Positions 26,376 to 40,155 are shown, counted from the stretch's first letter. The stretch is DNA of 64,000 nt from Octopus sinensis (GCF_006345805.1 NW_021836169.1:2628-66627), one strand, 5' to 3'. Notes: a model not told the origin generated them from the sequence alone. Made by a program: numbers and translations.

Positions 26376-26615
26376 ATGTGTGTGTGTGTCTGTGTTTGTC
26401 TCCCCAACATCGCTTGACAACCGATGCTGGTGTGTTTACATCCCCATCACTTAGCGGTCCGGCAAAAGAGACCGATAGAATAAGTACTGGGCTTGCAAAA
26501 GAATAAGTCCTGGGTGGGGTCGATTTGTTCGACTAAAAAGCGGTGCTCCAGCATGGCCACAGCCAAATGCCTGAAGCAAATAAAAGAATACAAGAATATG
26601 TATGCATGTCTGTAC

Positions 26616-26654
<39 letters not shown>

Positions 26655-27227
26655 GCTGTCTCTACGCATCACTGCACACTTGTAGGAACTTATTAATGTC
26701 TATATAAACATTTTTGCATTGCTTCCATCTGCCAGGATCTTGTTTCAATCATTTGACTGTGGCCATGCTGGAGCACCACCTTTAGTCGAGCAACTCAACC
26801 CCAAGACATACTTTGTAAGCCTAGTATTTATTCTATCGATCGCTGTTGCTCAGCCGCTAAGTTACGGGGGACATAAACACACCAACATCGGTTTCCAAAT
26901 AACAGACACAAATAACAAATATATCTCTGTACTCTTTTACTTGTTTCAGTCATTTGACTGTGGCCATGCTGGAGCACTGCCTTTAGTCGAGCAAATCGAC
27001 CCTGGGACTTATTCTTTGTAAGCCTAGCACTTATTCTCTCGACCTCTTTTGCCGAACCGCTAAGTTACGAGGACGTAAACACACCATTGCTGGGAAACTC
27101 AGACTTTCCTGGTCACTCAAGTGGTCAGTCTAGTATATCATCATCATCATCATCATCATCATTTAACGTCCGCTTTCCATGCTGGCTATTGGTGGTTTCC
27201 TTTCCGTCTTTGGACATTTCACTTTTT

Positions 27228-27263
27228 CCTCTCCGATGAAGAGCTATGCTCAAAATGTCAAAC
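27228..27263 (+). ncRNA. Degenerate minimal hammerhead motif (CCGAUGA family)
   Basis: CCGATGA-A-GAGC-tat-GCTC-AAAA (G12 mutated). Confidence 0.5.
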
Positions 27264-29143
27264 TCTCTCCTTTCACCGTGCATCAAGTTAATATAATTCT
27301 TGTGCATTTCTTCATGTTTGATTTTTCTATTTTTTATTTGAATTTTTTTAATTTTGAATTGTTTGTTTATGTGAATTGACTATCATCATCATCATCATCA
27401 TCATCGTTTAACGTCCGCTTTCCATGCTGGCATGGGTTGGACGATTTTGACTGAGGGCTGGGGAACCAGATGGTTGCACCAGGCTCCAATCGTGATCTGG
27501 CAGAGTTTCTACAGCTGCGTGCCCTTCCTAATGCCAACCACTCCGAGAGTGTAGTGGGTGCTTTTTAGGTGCCACTGGCAAGGGGGCCGGTCGGGCGGTA
27601 CTGGCAACGACCTTGCTCAAATGTTTTTACAAATTCCACTGCCACAAGTGCCAGTAAGGCGATGCTGGTAACAATCACACTCGAATGGTGCCTTTTAAGT
27701 GCCACTGGCACAGAAGCCAGTTAGCCGCTCTGTCAACGGTCACCCTCTTACGGTGCTCTTTGCACCCTGTTAGCACGGATGCCAATCGTCAAATTTGATT
27801 TCGATTTCACTTGCCTCAACAGGTCTTTGCAAGCAGAGTCTATATATACACATATATATACTTTCTCTTTCTCTTTTTACTCTCTTTTACTTGTTTCAGT
27901 CATTTGACTGTGGCCATGCTGGAGCACCACCTTTAATCAAACAACTCAACCCCGGGACTTATTCTTTGTAAGCCCATTACTTATTCTATCGGTCTCTTTT
28001 TGCCGAACCGCTAAGTTACGGGGACATAAACATACCAGCATCGGTTGTCAAGCAATGCTAGGGAGACAAACACAGACACACAAATACACACATATACATA
28101 TATACGACAGACTTCTTTCAGTTTCCATCTACCAAATCCACTCACAAGGCTTTTGTTGGCCCGAGGCTATAGTAGAAGACACTTGCCCAAGATGCCACGC
28201 AGTGGGACTGAACCCGAAACCATGTGGTTGGTAAGCAAGCTACTTACCACATAGCCACTCCTGCCCCTATATGTACAAAACTTTAATGCATTCTCAACCC
28301 TTTCTTATCATTTTTCTCATTTATACATCATCATCATCATCATCGTTTAGCGTCCGTTTTCCATGCTAGCATGGGTTGGAGGGTTCAACTGGGGTCTGGG
28401 AAGCCAGAAGGCTGTGCCAGGCTCCAGTCTGATCTGGAAGTGTTTCTACAGCTGAATGCCCTTCCTAACACCAACCACTCCGTGAGTGTAGTGGGTGCTT
28501 TTTACATGCCACCGGCACAGATCCTGTGGGGAGTCTGGCGAACTGCCACACTCGGACGGTGCTTTTTACGTGCCACCGGCACGGAGGCCAGACGAGGCTG
28601 GCAAACGGCCACGCTCGGACGGTGCTTTTTATGTGCCACCAGCACAGAGGCCAGTCGATGCAGTGCTGGCTACGGCCACATTCAGATGGTTCTCTTATGT
28701 ACCACTGGCACTGGTACCACAACTACAAATTCCATTGATGTTGATCAATTTCGATTTTGATTTGATATTTTAATTTATACAGTATTAATAAAATACATAA
28801 ACAGATATTGTATTCTATGCTTTATAAAACATACACATGTTTTGATAATTTCTTGTCAGGATTACATAATTGCTGTTGAAACATTAAATAACCTTGTTAA
28901 TACACCTCTTCAGTGTTCAGCAAGAAATACTATGGGTTGATACCCTATGCAGTGCTTATATTCTCTACACTATATATGGATATATTAGAGAGGATCTCTT
29001 TGTATGTATATACATGTATGTGTGTGTATGTATATATATATATATATATATAGGGAGAGAATTCACGAAAAAACAAAAGACGAAGATAGGTGGTGTAGAA
29101 AACAAACAGATGTATTAGTATAACGATTGAGAAGTGAAAAAGT

Positions 29144-29179
29144 CTTTAACGTTTCAAGCCTATGCTCTTCCACAGAAAG
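29144..29179 (-). ncRNA. Minimal type I hammerhead motif, core partly decayed
   Basis: CTTT-CTGTGGA-A-GAGC-atag-GCTT-GAAA-CG-T-T-AAAG; stem I cttt/aaag; in a PLE-like tail 29050-29270 ending in (TA)n. Confidence 0.65.
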
Positions 29180-29491
29180 GGACACAGGAAAAATAAGGAG
29201 AGAAAAAAAAAGGAGAGGAAATAAAAACAAGGAGAGAAAAAAAATGTGTGTAGTGGCTACCGATCTATCATGTCGAATGATATATATATATATATATATA
29301 TTAGGGTCATGCCACTTAGGTACTCAACGCAGGTTGTGCCAATCTAGAATAATTTCTCCTTGGTCTTCGTCTCTTGATGTTGAAATTAGTAGCATGTTGT
29401 TTCAAACTCAAAATACAATTAGATTGTTTTGTTGTGTTCCTCTTTGATACATTATGAAAGGAAGAAATGAAATTGAAGTATTGTTGTTGAA

Positions 29492-29711
29492 CCCTTTTGA
29501 TACCAACCTGGCTGAAACCACCTCTGGCTCTCTGTAGTACAAATGTCTTGTTTTCATAAGTTCTGAATTAAAATCTTCCACCAAACCTTAGTCACAATTT
29601 ATGTTCCTAACACTAGCTTAAGGATAAGTTATTTTACTAAATTCTTTGTTATATTTAAAATTAATTGAAAGAAACACAGAGCATCTCAACAGAAATATGG
29701 TAACAAAAGGG
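29492..29711. mobile_element. piggyBac-type MITE
   Basis: TGAA|CCCTTTTGATACC ... GGTAACAAAAGGG|TTAA. Confidence 0.75.
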
Positions 29712-29796
29712 TTAAAGACAGTCAGTCAAATGTGCCTTCAATTTGCACAAGATTTGGCTGCTATTTCTAACAAGTGTAACAAAATCTGCAAATTTA

Positions 29797-30016
29797 CCCT
29801 TTTGATACCAACCCAGCTGAAACCACCTCTGGCTCTGTCGTACAAATGTCTTGTTTTCATAAGTTTTGAATTGAAATCTTCCACCAAACCTTAGTCACAA
29901 TTTATGTTCCTAACACTAGCTTAAGGATAACTATGTTATTTTATTAAATTTTTTTTATATTTAAAATAATTGAATGAAACACAGAACATCTCAAAATAAA
30001 TACAATAATGAAAGGG
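29797..30016. mobile_element. Second copy of the piggyBac-type MITE
   Basis: Near-identical to 29492-29711; right TIR decayed. Confidence 0.7.
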
Positions 30017-30339
30017 TTTTTGGATTTGGTTTGCAAGATTCTTTATGTGGGTTCATGTGTTGAAGCATATTCTGTTGTGTCTAGGGAGAGTCATTTTCTT
30101 TTTGTGCCTTATAATGTATCACACTCACAGGTAAAATTTCCACTTTATTCTTATTTTTATTTTCCTAAAATTTTCGTTGCGTCTTGCAACCTTTTCAATA
30201 GTTTTGACTATTTGTGATGCTGTTATTGTTAGTGGAGGTGGTGGTGGTGGTGGTGGAGGTGGTGGTGGTGCTGGTGGTGGTGGAGGTACTGCTGATGATG
30301 ATGATGATGATGAAGGGTTAAATTTACCTTTCATCATAC

Positions 30340-31700
30340 ATCATCATCATCATCATCGTTCAACGTCCGCTTTCCATGCTAGCATGGGTTGGATGGTTCA
30401 ACTGGGGTCTGTGAAGCCAGAAGGCTGCACCAGGCCCAGTCTGATCTGGCAATGTTTCTACAGCTGGATGCCCTTCCTAACGCCAACCACTCCGTGAGTG
30501 TAGTGGGTGCTTTTTACGTGCCACCAGCACAGGTGCCAGTCGAGGCTGGCATCAGCCACAATCGGATAGTGCTTTTTACGTTCCACCGCACGGAGGCCAG
30601 TCGGGGTGGCGCTGGCACAGCCCATTTGGATGGTTTCTTACGTGCCACCGGCATTGAGGCCAGTAGGGGCGGTGCTGGCAACAGCCACATTCGGATGGTT
30701 CTCTTACATACCACTGGCACGGAGGCCAGTCGGGGCAGCGCTGGCAACAGCCACAATCGGATGGTTCTCTTACATACCACTGGCACGGAGGCCAGTCGGG
30801 GTGGCGCTGGCAACAGCCACATTTGGATGGTTCTCTTACATACTACTGGCACGGAGGCCAGTCGGGGCAGCGCTGGCAACAGCCACATTCGGATGGTTCT
30901 CTTACATGCCACCGGCACGGAGGCCAGTCGGGGCAGCGCTGGCAACAGCCACATTCGGATGGTTCTCTTACATGCCACCGGCACGGAGGCCAGTCGGGGC
31001 AGCGCTGGCAACAGCCACATTCGGATGGTTCTCTTACATGCCACCAGCACGGAGGCCAGTCGGGGCGGCGCTGGCAACAGCCACAATCGGATGGTTCTCT
31101 TACGTGCCACCTGCACGGAGGCCAGTCGGGGCGGTGCTGGCAACAGCCACATTCGGATGGTTCTCTTACATGCCACCGCACGGAGGCCAGTCGGGCATCG
31201 CTGGCAAAGCCACATTCGGATGGTTCTCTTACATGCCACCAGCACGGAGGCCAGTCGGGGCGGCGCTGGCAACAGCCACAATCGGATGGTTCTCTTACGT
31301 GCCACCTGCACGGAGGCCAGTCGGGGCGGCGCTGCAACAGCCACATTCGGATGGTCTCTTACATGCCACCGGCACGGAGGCAGTCGGGGCCCGCTGGCAA
31401 CAGCCACATTCAATGGTTCTCTTACGTGCACCTGCACGGAGGCCAGTCGGGGCAGCGCTGGCAACAGCCACATTCGGATGGTTCTCTTACATGCCACCAG
31501 CACGGAGGCCAGTCGGGGCGGCGCTGGCAACAGCCACAATCGGATGGTTCTCTTACGTGCCACCTGCACGGAGGCCAGTCGGGGCGGCGCTGGCAACAGC
31601 CACATTCAGATGGTTCTCTTACGTGTCACCGGCACTGGTATCTCAGCTACAATTTCCATTGATGTTGATCGATTTCGATTTTCACTTGCCTCAACTGGTC
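30340..31700 (-). mobile_element. RTE-type 3' element with expanded internal VNTR
   Basis: (CAT)n tail at 30340, family body, then array and family end GATTTTCACTTGCCTCAAC. Confidence 0.8.
30592..31635. repeat. 16 x 66-bp tandem array
   Basis: GGAGGCCAGTC starts at 30592, 30655, 30721, 30787, 30853, 30919, 30985, 31051 ... 31570. Confidence 0.95.
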
Positions 31701-32074
31701 TTCTGTAATATTTATAAATGACATTAAGGTTTCATTTGGTGGAGGTGACCCCTGCTCCATATACAATGGCTTCAGCACTCCTTGCTGAAATATGTCTTTG
31801 AATTTCTACAGGTGAAGTTAGCCTCATTAAATGTTATTATTTCAATATATAAATGTATGAGTCCCAATGGCTGTAGTGCTGAACTCCCAATCATAAAGTC
31901 ATGGTTTCAATTCCCCCGAATGGATATCAAATTGTCTTCTTAAGCAAAACACTTCATTTCATATTGTTTCAATCTACACTGCTAAAAATGAGGGCAACTG
32001 AAGTTCTGGAGTAGCCCTTCTCTAGGGGCATTGGTTTTTAGGGGGTCTAAAATTACAAAAGAATTCATAAGGCA

Positions 32075-33245
32075 GCGGCTTCTTCTTCTTCTTCTTCCTT
32101 TTCTTCATTTTCTTCTTTTTCTTCATCTTCTTTCTTCTTCTTTTTCTTCGTCTTCTTTCTTCTTCTTCTCTTTCTCTTTCTTCTCCTTCCTCTTCTTCTC
32201 CTTCTCCTTCTTCGTCTCTGTCTCTTCTTCTTCTACTACCTTTCTTCTTTTCTTCCTTCTCTTTCCCTTCTTCTCTTCTTCTCTTTCTTTCTTCTTCTCT
32301 TTCTTCTTCTTCTTCTTCTTCTTCTTCCAGTCGTCAGTCTCCAATCTGTCTCCAACCTTCAGTTTTTCTCTCTCCAGTCTTCAATCTTCTATCTTCAGTC
32401 TTTAATCTTTTGTCTTCCATCTTCTGCCTTCAAACTTCTGTCTTCAATCATTAGTCTTCAATTTTTTCTTCAATCATTAGTCTTCAGTCTTGTATCATCC
32501 ATCTTCAGTTCATTGCCCTCAATCACACACCCGGCTTCTTAGCTTTTCTACCATTCTCTCTCTCTCTCTCTCCTTCTTTCTCTCTCTCTCTTTATCTCCC
32601 TCTTTCTCTCTCCTTCTCTCTCTCTCCTTATCTCTCTCTCTCATTCTCTCTTTATTATAATATCTTTTATCTCTCTCTCCTCTCATCTCTCCTCATCCCT
32701 CTCTCTATCTTTTAATCTCTTCTATCTATCTCTCTTTCTCTCTCTTTCTCTCTCTTTCTCTCTCCCTCTTTCTCTCTCCCTCTTTCTCTCTCCTTCTCTC
32801 TCTCCTCATTCTCTCTTTATCTTTCTCTCTTTCTCTCTCTTTCTCTCTCTTTCTCTCTCTCTCCCTTTATCTCCTCTCTTTTCTCTTTCTCCTCTCCTTT
32901 TCCTCTTTCTCCCTCTCTCTTTCTCTCTCCTTTTTCTCTTTCCTCTCTCTTTATCTCCCTCTTCTCTCTTTCTCAGTCTCTCTCTCTTTTTTCTATCTCT
33001 CTCTCTCTCTCTCTCTCTTTCCCCTCTCCCCTCCCTCCCTCTCCCTATCCATCCATCCATCCAGCTCCTATCTATTTCTAGCGCCTCTCTCTCTGTTTCC
33101 TCTCTTTCTCTCTCCCTCTCCGTTTTCTCTTTCCTCTCTTTTATTCTCTCCCCTCCCTCTCCCTATCCATCCATCTGGCTCCTATCTATTTCCAGCGCCT
33201 CCCTCTCTCCCTCTCTCCTAATCTCTTCTCTCTTCTCTCCATCTC
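32075..33245. repeat. About 1.2-kb pyrimidine-rich tract ((TTC)n, (CT)n)
   Basis: Directly visible. Confidence 0.9.
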
Positions 33246-33534
33246 CAAGTCGTTTGGTTCAAACCACTTCTATTATTTATTTTACTAACATAACACACAC
33301 ATTTACATATCTATACACACGGTATACACACGGTATACACCACTTGTATACACAAGAAAACACACACATACACGCACACACACGCATATCTATACACACA
33401 CACACACGCATACATATATATATGTACGCACATACAGACACACAAACATACACACACACACACATATATATATATATGTATGCACACACACACACACACA
33501 CTTCCAGAGCCATCTTCCCACTTTGTCTCCAAAG

Positions 33535-33818
33535 CCAACCACAACAATAGTAGTAGTAGTAGTAGTAGTAATAGAGGGTGTTGGTAATGGTGGTGATGGT
33601 GGTGGTGGCGATGATGGCGGGGGGGATGCTGTTATTGTTAGTGGTGGTGGTGGTGCTGATGATGATGATGGTGAGGGTGGTGAGGGTGGTGATAGGGGGG
33701 GGGCTCCGGTGATGCTGATGTTTGCGGCAACGGGTGGTGGGTGGCAACGGGTGGTGGCGGCGGTGGTGGTGACCGATAATGGCGATGACGATGGTGATGA
33801 TGATGATGATGATCATGA

Positions 33819-33849
<31 letters not shown>

Positions 33850-34017
33850 GATGATAGTGGTGGCAATGTAGGTGATGGTGATGGGGTTGGTAGTAGTAAT
33901 AGTGGTAGGAGTAGTAGTAGTAGTAGTAGTAGTAATGGTTGTAGTAGTAGTAGTAGTAATGGTAGTAGTGCCCTTGGTGGCGGCGTCGATGGTTATGGTG
34001 GGTGCTTGTTGCTGTAG
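33535..34017 (+). CDS. Candidate low-complexity Gly/Asp/Ser-rich exon
   Basis: Pyrimidine-rich acceptor CATCTTCCCACTTTGTCTCCAAAG| in frame with the 164-aa ORF; mostly trinucleotide repeats. Confidence 0.18.
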
Positions 34018-34316
34018 TAGTAGGTAGGTAGGTAGGTGGTAGGTGGTGGTGGTCATGGTGATAGCGCGCTAGTAGCAGTTTGTAGTCAGTCGTCCGAGCG
34101 CTGCAAAACACACAACATTTTCAGGGGCCTGGCATCTTCTTCTTCTCGTCCGCTGCCGACATCCATTCATTCATTCATTCATAGGGAAAACACTCCACCG
34201 CGACCACCACGGCGAGGAGGAGGCGGAGAGAGAAAGGGTGAACCACGGCTGACACACACACACACACTATATATATATATATATACACACTATATATATA
34301 CACACACACTATATAT

Positions 34317-34365
<49 letters not shown>

Positions 34366-35268
34366 CAACCCTTGTCACTCGGCTACTGACGTCACGTGCT
34401 GTATACACATTTATATGTTGACATACATACATATATAATATATATAAAGAGAGAGAGAGAGTGAGTGAGAGAGAGGAGCGTGCATATATACATATATATA
34501 CATACATATACACATACACGCACACATATATATATATATATATATTATACACAAACACACACATACACACGAACCGAACGGGTATATATACGAAGACACA
34601 CACACATATATATATATACACATACACACACATATATATACATACATATACACATACACGCACATATATATATATTATACACAAACACACATACACACGA
34701 ACGGGTATATATACCAAGACACACACACACACATATATATATATACTTATACATACATATACGTACATTACTGCATATACTCTGACAAGTTGTGGGGCAC
34801 CTCAACACTGTATACAATAATTTCATTATATATATTATTATATATATACACATACACGCACATATATATATATATTATACACACGCGCACACTCGAACGG
34901 GTATATATACGAAGACACACACACACACACACATATATATATATGTGTGTATGCATACTTTTGTGTGTATAATATATACATATATAGATATTTAGACGGT
35001 TGCTCCAGCGTGACCGTGTCTTGATGCTTGGAACGAACTGAAGAAAACGTACGCACGCAGATAAATATATATACACACATATATACATACATACGTTTAT
35101 ATATACATCATGCGAATGAGTTGACAGCGATGTTTGCTCCAGTATGACCATGTCATAACACCCAAAGCGAACCAAAGACATTATATATATATATATATAT
35201 ATATACATACATTATTTATATTATATATACATATATATATACAAAACACCACCACGCACCTGCTACTA

Positions 35269-35301
<33 letters not shown>

Positions 35302-35897
35302 ATACACGCACGCACGCACCTGCTACTACGATCGCTTTCATACACACACATACAGACCACATACGCACATTTGTATATACATATATATATATATATATAC
35401 ACACACATACTATACATACATACACTGAGTTATATCTGCTGCCCCTGCAAGTGGTCGGTCGTTCAACGTGCTGGAAATAGCAGTCAAATTTCGGAGTATA
35501 CAATGCTGTCGTGAAACGGAAAGAACACATTGGATACCGCAGCAGTGGTCACGACTGGATCGCCTTAGATAACGAATATTCCGGTTTCTTCTATATGTTT
35601 TCCTCCTTTTCCTCACTCCATATACACACACGTATATACACATTTCTATACACACGTACCGGTTGATATATATACATACACACATACATACATACATATA
35701 TATACATATATACATACATATATACATATATACATACATATATACATATATACATTACATACATATATACATACATATATACATACATATATACATATAT
35801 ATATACATATATACATACATATATACATATATATATACATAGATACATACACACACACATACATACATACATACATTTATACATTTGTAAATAGGCA

Positions 35898-35943
<46 letters not shown>

Positions 35944-36629
35944 TGGTGTATATATACATGTAAATACACACACATTCACACACGCACACATATCTCTATA
36001 TATCTAAATACACCTACCTATATACATATATGTAAATATATACACACGTACACAAGTATAGCTACACACACACATATATATATATTTGTAAATATATACA
36101 CACATACTGATACATACATATTTGTAAATACACATACATACAGTTATATATATGACACAATACTCACACACACATTCTCCCATATATATATATACACACA
36201 CACAAACGCACATATATAATTTTGTTGTCTGTATCCTTGTATTGAATCCTACATCTGCATAATATTTAATACCGTGATGTAAAATCATATATTTTTTAAC
36301 ATTATACACACATACACACATACACACACAAAAATTTGCTCCCCCCACCGCCATATATATATATATATATACATATATATCCACATATATAAACACACTC
36401 ACACACATACATATATAAATATTATATACATACATATATACATACAGACCTACATATACACACACACAGATTTATAACTATCTATTTAGCTATATATATA
36501 TATATATACACACACACACATATATACATATATAAACATATATATATACATATACAAACATATACACACACACACATATATACACAAATATATATCTATA
36601 TACATATACACACACACATATATATACAT

Positions 36630-36676
<47 letters not shown>

Positions 36677-37860
36677 CATATATATATACATACAGACATA
36701 TACACACACACACATATATACACACAAACATATATCTATATACATACACACATATATATATTATACATATACAAACATATATATACACAGACATATATAC
36801 ACACAAACATATATCTATATACATATACAGAAACATATATACACACATATATATATACATACACACATATATATACATACACAGACATATATATACACAC
36901 ACACACATACATACATACATACACCCACTCTCTCAAATGGCACACTTACTGGATGGCACTTCCAACCACGGCAACCACCACCAACTCTGCTACTACCACG
37001 ATAACTACTACTACAACTACTACTACTATTATAGACAACGAGGCGGTCTCTACGTGGATAACAGACCAGCTGGAAAGAGCAGTCAAATCGCTGCCACTCT
37101 CATTGTGTCGTGTTAAGAAAACGAAGGACGCACCCCCACCCCCCCGGGGCAGGATGTAATCGGAGATATGGAGGAATATGGTTGGATGGTCACAGGTGGA
37201 ACGTCTTGGATCATAGAAGTGTCTGTTGTTTGACCTGGGGCTTTACAACAACAACATCAGCTACTACCACCAACACCACCACTACAACACTACCACAACA
37301 ACCAACACCACCACCACCTCGTTGACAATCACTACTACCACCCATACTATCACAACTACTACTATTGTTTAGCGACTACTACCACTACAGCTACAACTAC
37401 TACTACTACTACCACCCATACTACTACTATTGTTAATCAACTACTACCACCACTACCGCTACAACTACTACCACTACTACCACCCATACTACTACTATTG
37501 TTTATCAACTACTACCACCCAAACTACCACAACTACTACTACTATTTTATCAACTACTACTACCACCCATACTACATTGTTTATCAACTACTACCACCCA
37601 TACTATCACAACTACTACCACCACTACCGCTACAGCTACTACTACGACTACTACCACCCAAACTACTACAACTACTCTATCAACTACCACCACCACCACT
37701 ACTGCTGCTGCTGCTACGCCAACGACAACAACACCACCTAGTGGACTGCATGGTACCTTGGCTGGACATTTAAGAAAAAAGGAAAGAAAGAAAGAAGAAA
37801 ATAAGGCAGGAGAGAAGGGAACCTTGACCCCTGTCCACCCCCTCTTTTTTTGTACCACAG

Positions 37861-39104
37861 AGCCTCTTCGTCCACCTTACCTCCCCCTCCCCCAGTCCTT
37901 GTGAACGCACCAGCGCCCACACATACACACACAGCCACCACCACAAACACCTCCGCCACAACCACCACCACCACCACCTCTGCTACAGCCAAAACCACAA
38001 CAATCACCACCACCACCGCTACAACCACCACCACCACCGCTACAACCACAACCACCACAACCACCACAAACACCTACGCTACAACCACAACCGCCACAAT
38101 CACCACTACCACCACAAACACCTCCACTACAACTGCAACCACAACAATCACCACCACTACCACCACCACCACCACAAACACCTCCGCTACAGCCAAAACC
38201 ACAACAATCACCACCACCACTGCCACTTTCACCACCACCACCACTACCACCACCACCACCATCACCACCACCACCACCACCACCTCCACTACAACCACAA
38301 CCACAACAATTACCACCACCACTACAACCACAACCACCAACATCACTTCCACCACCACCACATCCAAGGCAAACCCCCACCATCGACATTCCAGGTGACC
38401 CTCACCTCTGCTCCGGCTCCCCTCCGCCCCACCGCCACCATACTCACCTACGCCACCGACTCGGTGCCCCCGGCCATGCTTGACCGGGAAGACACGACCA
38501 CCACCTCCCCCCACAGCCCCGGACACTACTTGTTCTGCTGCGTGTGTCGGGTCATGTGTGGCAGCCGACGCTCCGGGTCCGCAGCGGTGGCCTTTACCCC
38601 AGCCGAGAAGCAGCCCTTGCCCCAGCCACCCAGATATGACCATCACCACGAAGGCGGACGACCAGATTGTCTGCAGCAACAACCACAGCTGCCGCCGCCG
38701 CAAGGGGAGGAGGAGCAGCGACAGCTGTGTAGTGACCACCACCACGGAAATAGCCAACAGCAGCTGGAACAGATACTACAACTGCAACAGCAGCAACAAC
38801 CACCACAACTACCACCACAACATCTACACCTACAGCAAGCACCACAACTACCACCACAACCACCACCACAACTACCACCACAACAACCACAGCAACTACC
38901 ACCACCACAACCACAACAACTACCACCACAACCACCACCACAACTACCACCACAACCACAGCAGCAGCAACATCTCGACAACCCACATGACCACCCCAAA
39001 GACAGCCAAAACACCCAACACGAACTCGGCCAGCATCAACAACAACCACCACATCCCGACGACGCCCATGGCCACCACAACGAACAGCTGCCTATACTAA
39101 CGAG
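37861..39104 (+). CDS. Candidate large exon encoding a His-rich / linker / Gln-Pro-rich region
   Basis: Strong acceptor CCCCCTCTTTTTTTGTACCACAG| (37860), frame 1 stop-free to donor CGAG|GTAGGA (39105); mixed CAA/CAG codons; complex linker sequence. Confidence 0.4.
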
Positions 39105-39434
39105 GTAGGAAAACTCTGTGTGATGACCCCCCCCCCCGTGCTAATGATTCTAATTAAGGCCTTGTTTAATTAACAAATGTCTTTAAATAACTTTATTTTG
39201 CAATTTTCAAACCATTTCTCTGTCTCCGCTTATATTTGTATAACTTACTTTCATTCCACCCACATGTGTTTATGCAGCCCCATATGGTTAGCGTGTTATT
39301 TATGTGTGAACCCCCTGTCGTGAGGACGAAAAACTGCGTGGTATTTCATTGTAGCTTTTCACTTTCTTGCGTTCGAATCTGACTGAAGTTATTTTCGCCT
39401 TTCATTCCTTTATTAATTTTTTTTTTGTTATGCA

Positions 39435-40155
39435 CCCTTCTCAAGCCCAGCCAGGCTCATGGGCCCGGTTTACCAGTTTCTATGGCGTATGTGGCAGAAT
39501 CGTTAGCACGCCGGGCGAGATGCTTAGCGGTGTTTCGTCTGCCGTTACGTTCTGAGTTCAAATTCTGCCGAGGTCGACTTTGCCTTTCATCCTTTCGGGG
39601 TCGATTAAATAAATACCAGTTACGCACTGGGGTCGATATAATCGACTTAATCCCTTTCTCTGTCCTTGTTTGTCCCCTCTGTGTTCAGCCCCTTGTGGGT
39701 AATAAAGAAATAGGTATTTCGTCTGCCGTTACGTTCTGAGATCAAATTCCACCGAGGTCGACTTTGCCTTTCATCCTTTCGGGGTCGATTAAATAAGTAC
39801 CAGTTACGCACAGGGGTCGATATAATTGACTTAATCCGTTTGTCTGTCCTTGTTTGTTCCCTCTGTGTTTAGCCCCTTGTGGGCAGTAAAGAAATAGGTT
39901 TCTATGGCGTATATGTTCCCCCTAGCTGGACGGGACGCCAGTCCATCCCAGAATTACTCAAGAAACAGGAAGAGTGAGTGAGAGAAAGTTGGGGTGATAG
40001 AGTACAACAGGGGTCACCGCCACCCCCTGCTGGAGCCTCGTGGAACTTTAGGTGTTTTCGCTCAATAAACACACAAAACGCCCGGTCTGGGAATCGAAAC
40101 TGCGATCCTCCGACCGTGAGTCTGCTGCCCTAACCACTGGGCCATTGCGTATCCA
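39435..40155 (-). mobile_element. SINE family 2, tail type c, interrupted by a family-3 dimer
   Basis: Family-2 head at about 40080-40155 (reverse); tail GGATGGACTGGCGTCCCGTCCAG; resumes left of 39476. Confidence 0.75.
39491..39897 (+). mobile_element. SINE family 3 head-to-tail dimer
   Basis: Two units (about 39491-39712 and 39713-39897); 15-bp TSD GTTTCTATGGCGTAT at 39476-39490 and 39898-39912. Confidence 0.88.

Noticed and set aside
30020-30200. Possible decayed GIY-YIG fragment (FTCECDTL*GTKRK) on the minus strand
   Set aside because: Too many stops and too little identity to support by eye.
31720-31815. Minus-strand mini-exon KFKDIFQQGVLKPLYMEQGSPPPNETL after CTAACTTCACCTGTAG
   Set aside because: No convincing donor and no recognised homology.
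36953-37250. Exon-like ORF MALPTT...DQLERAVKSLPL with a minus-strand GTAAGT donor
   Set aside because: Its core GCTGGAAA(G/T)AGCAGTCAAAT recurs at about 35470, suggesting a repeat fragment, and readings need a frameshift in a poly-C run.
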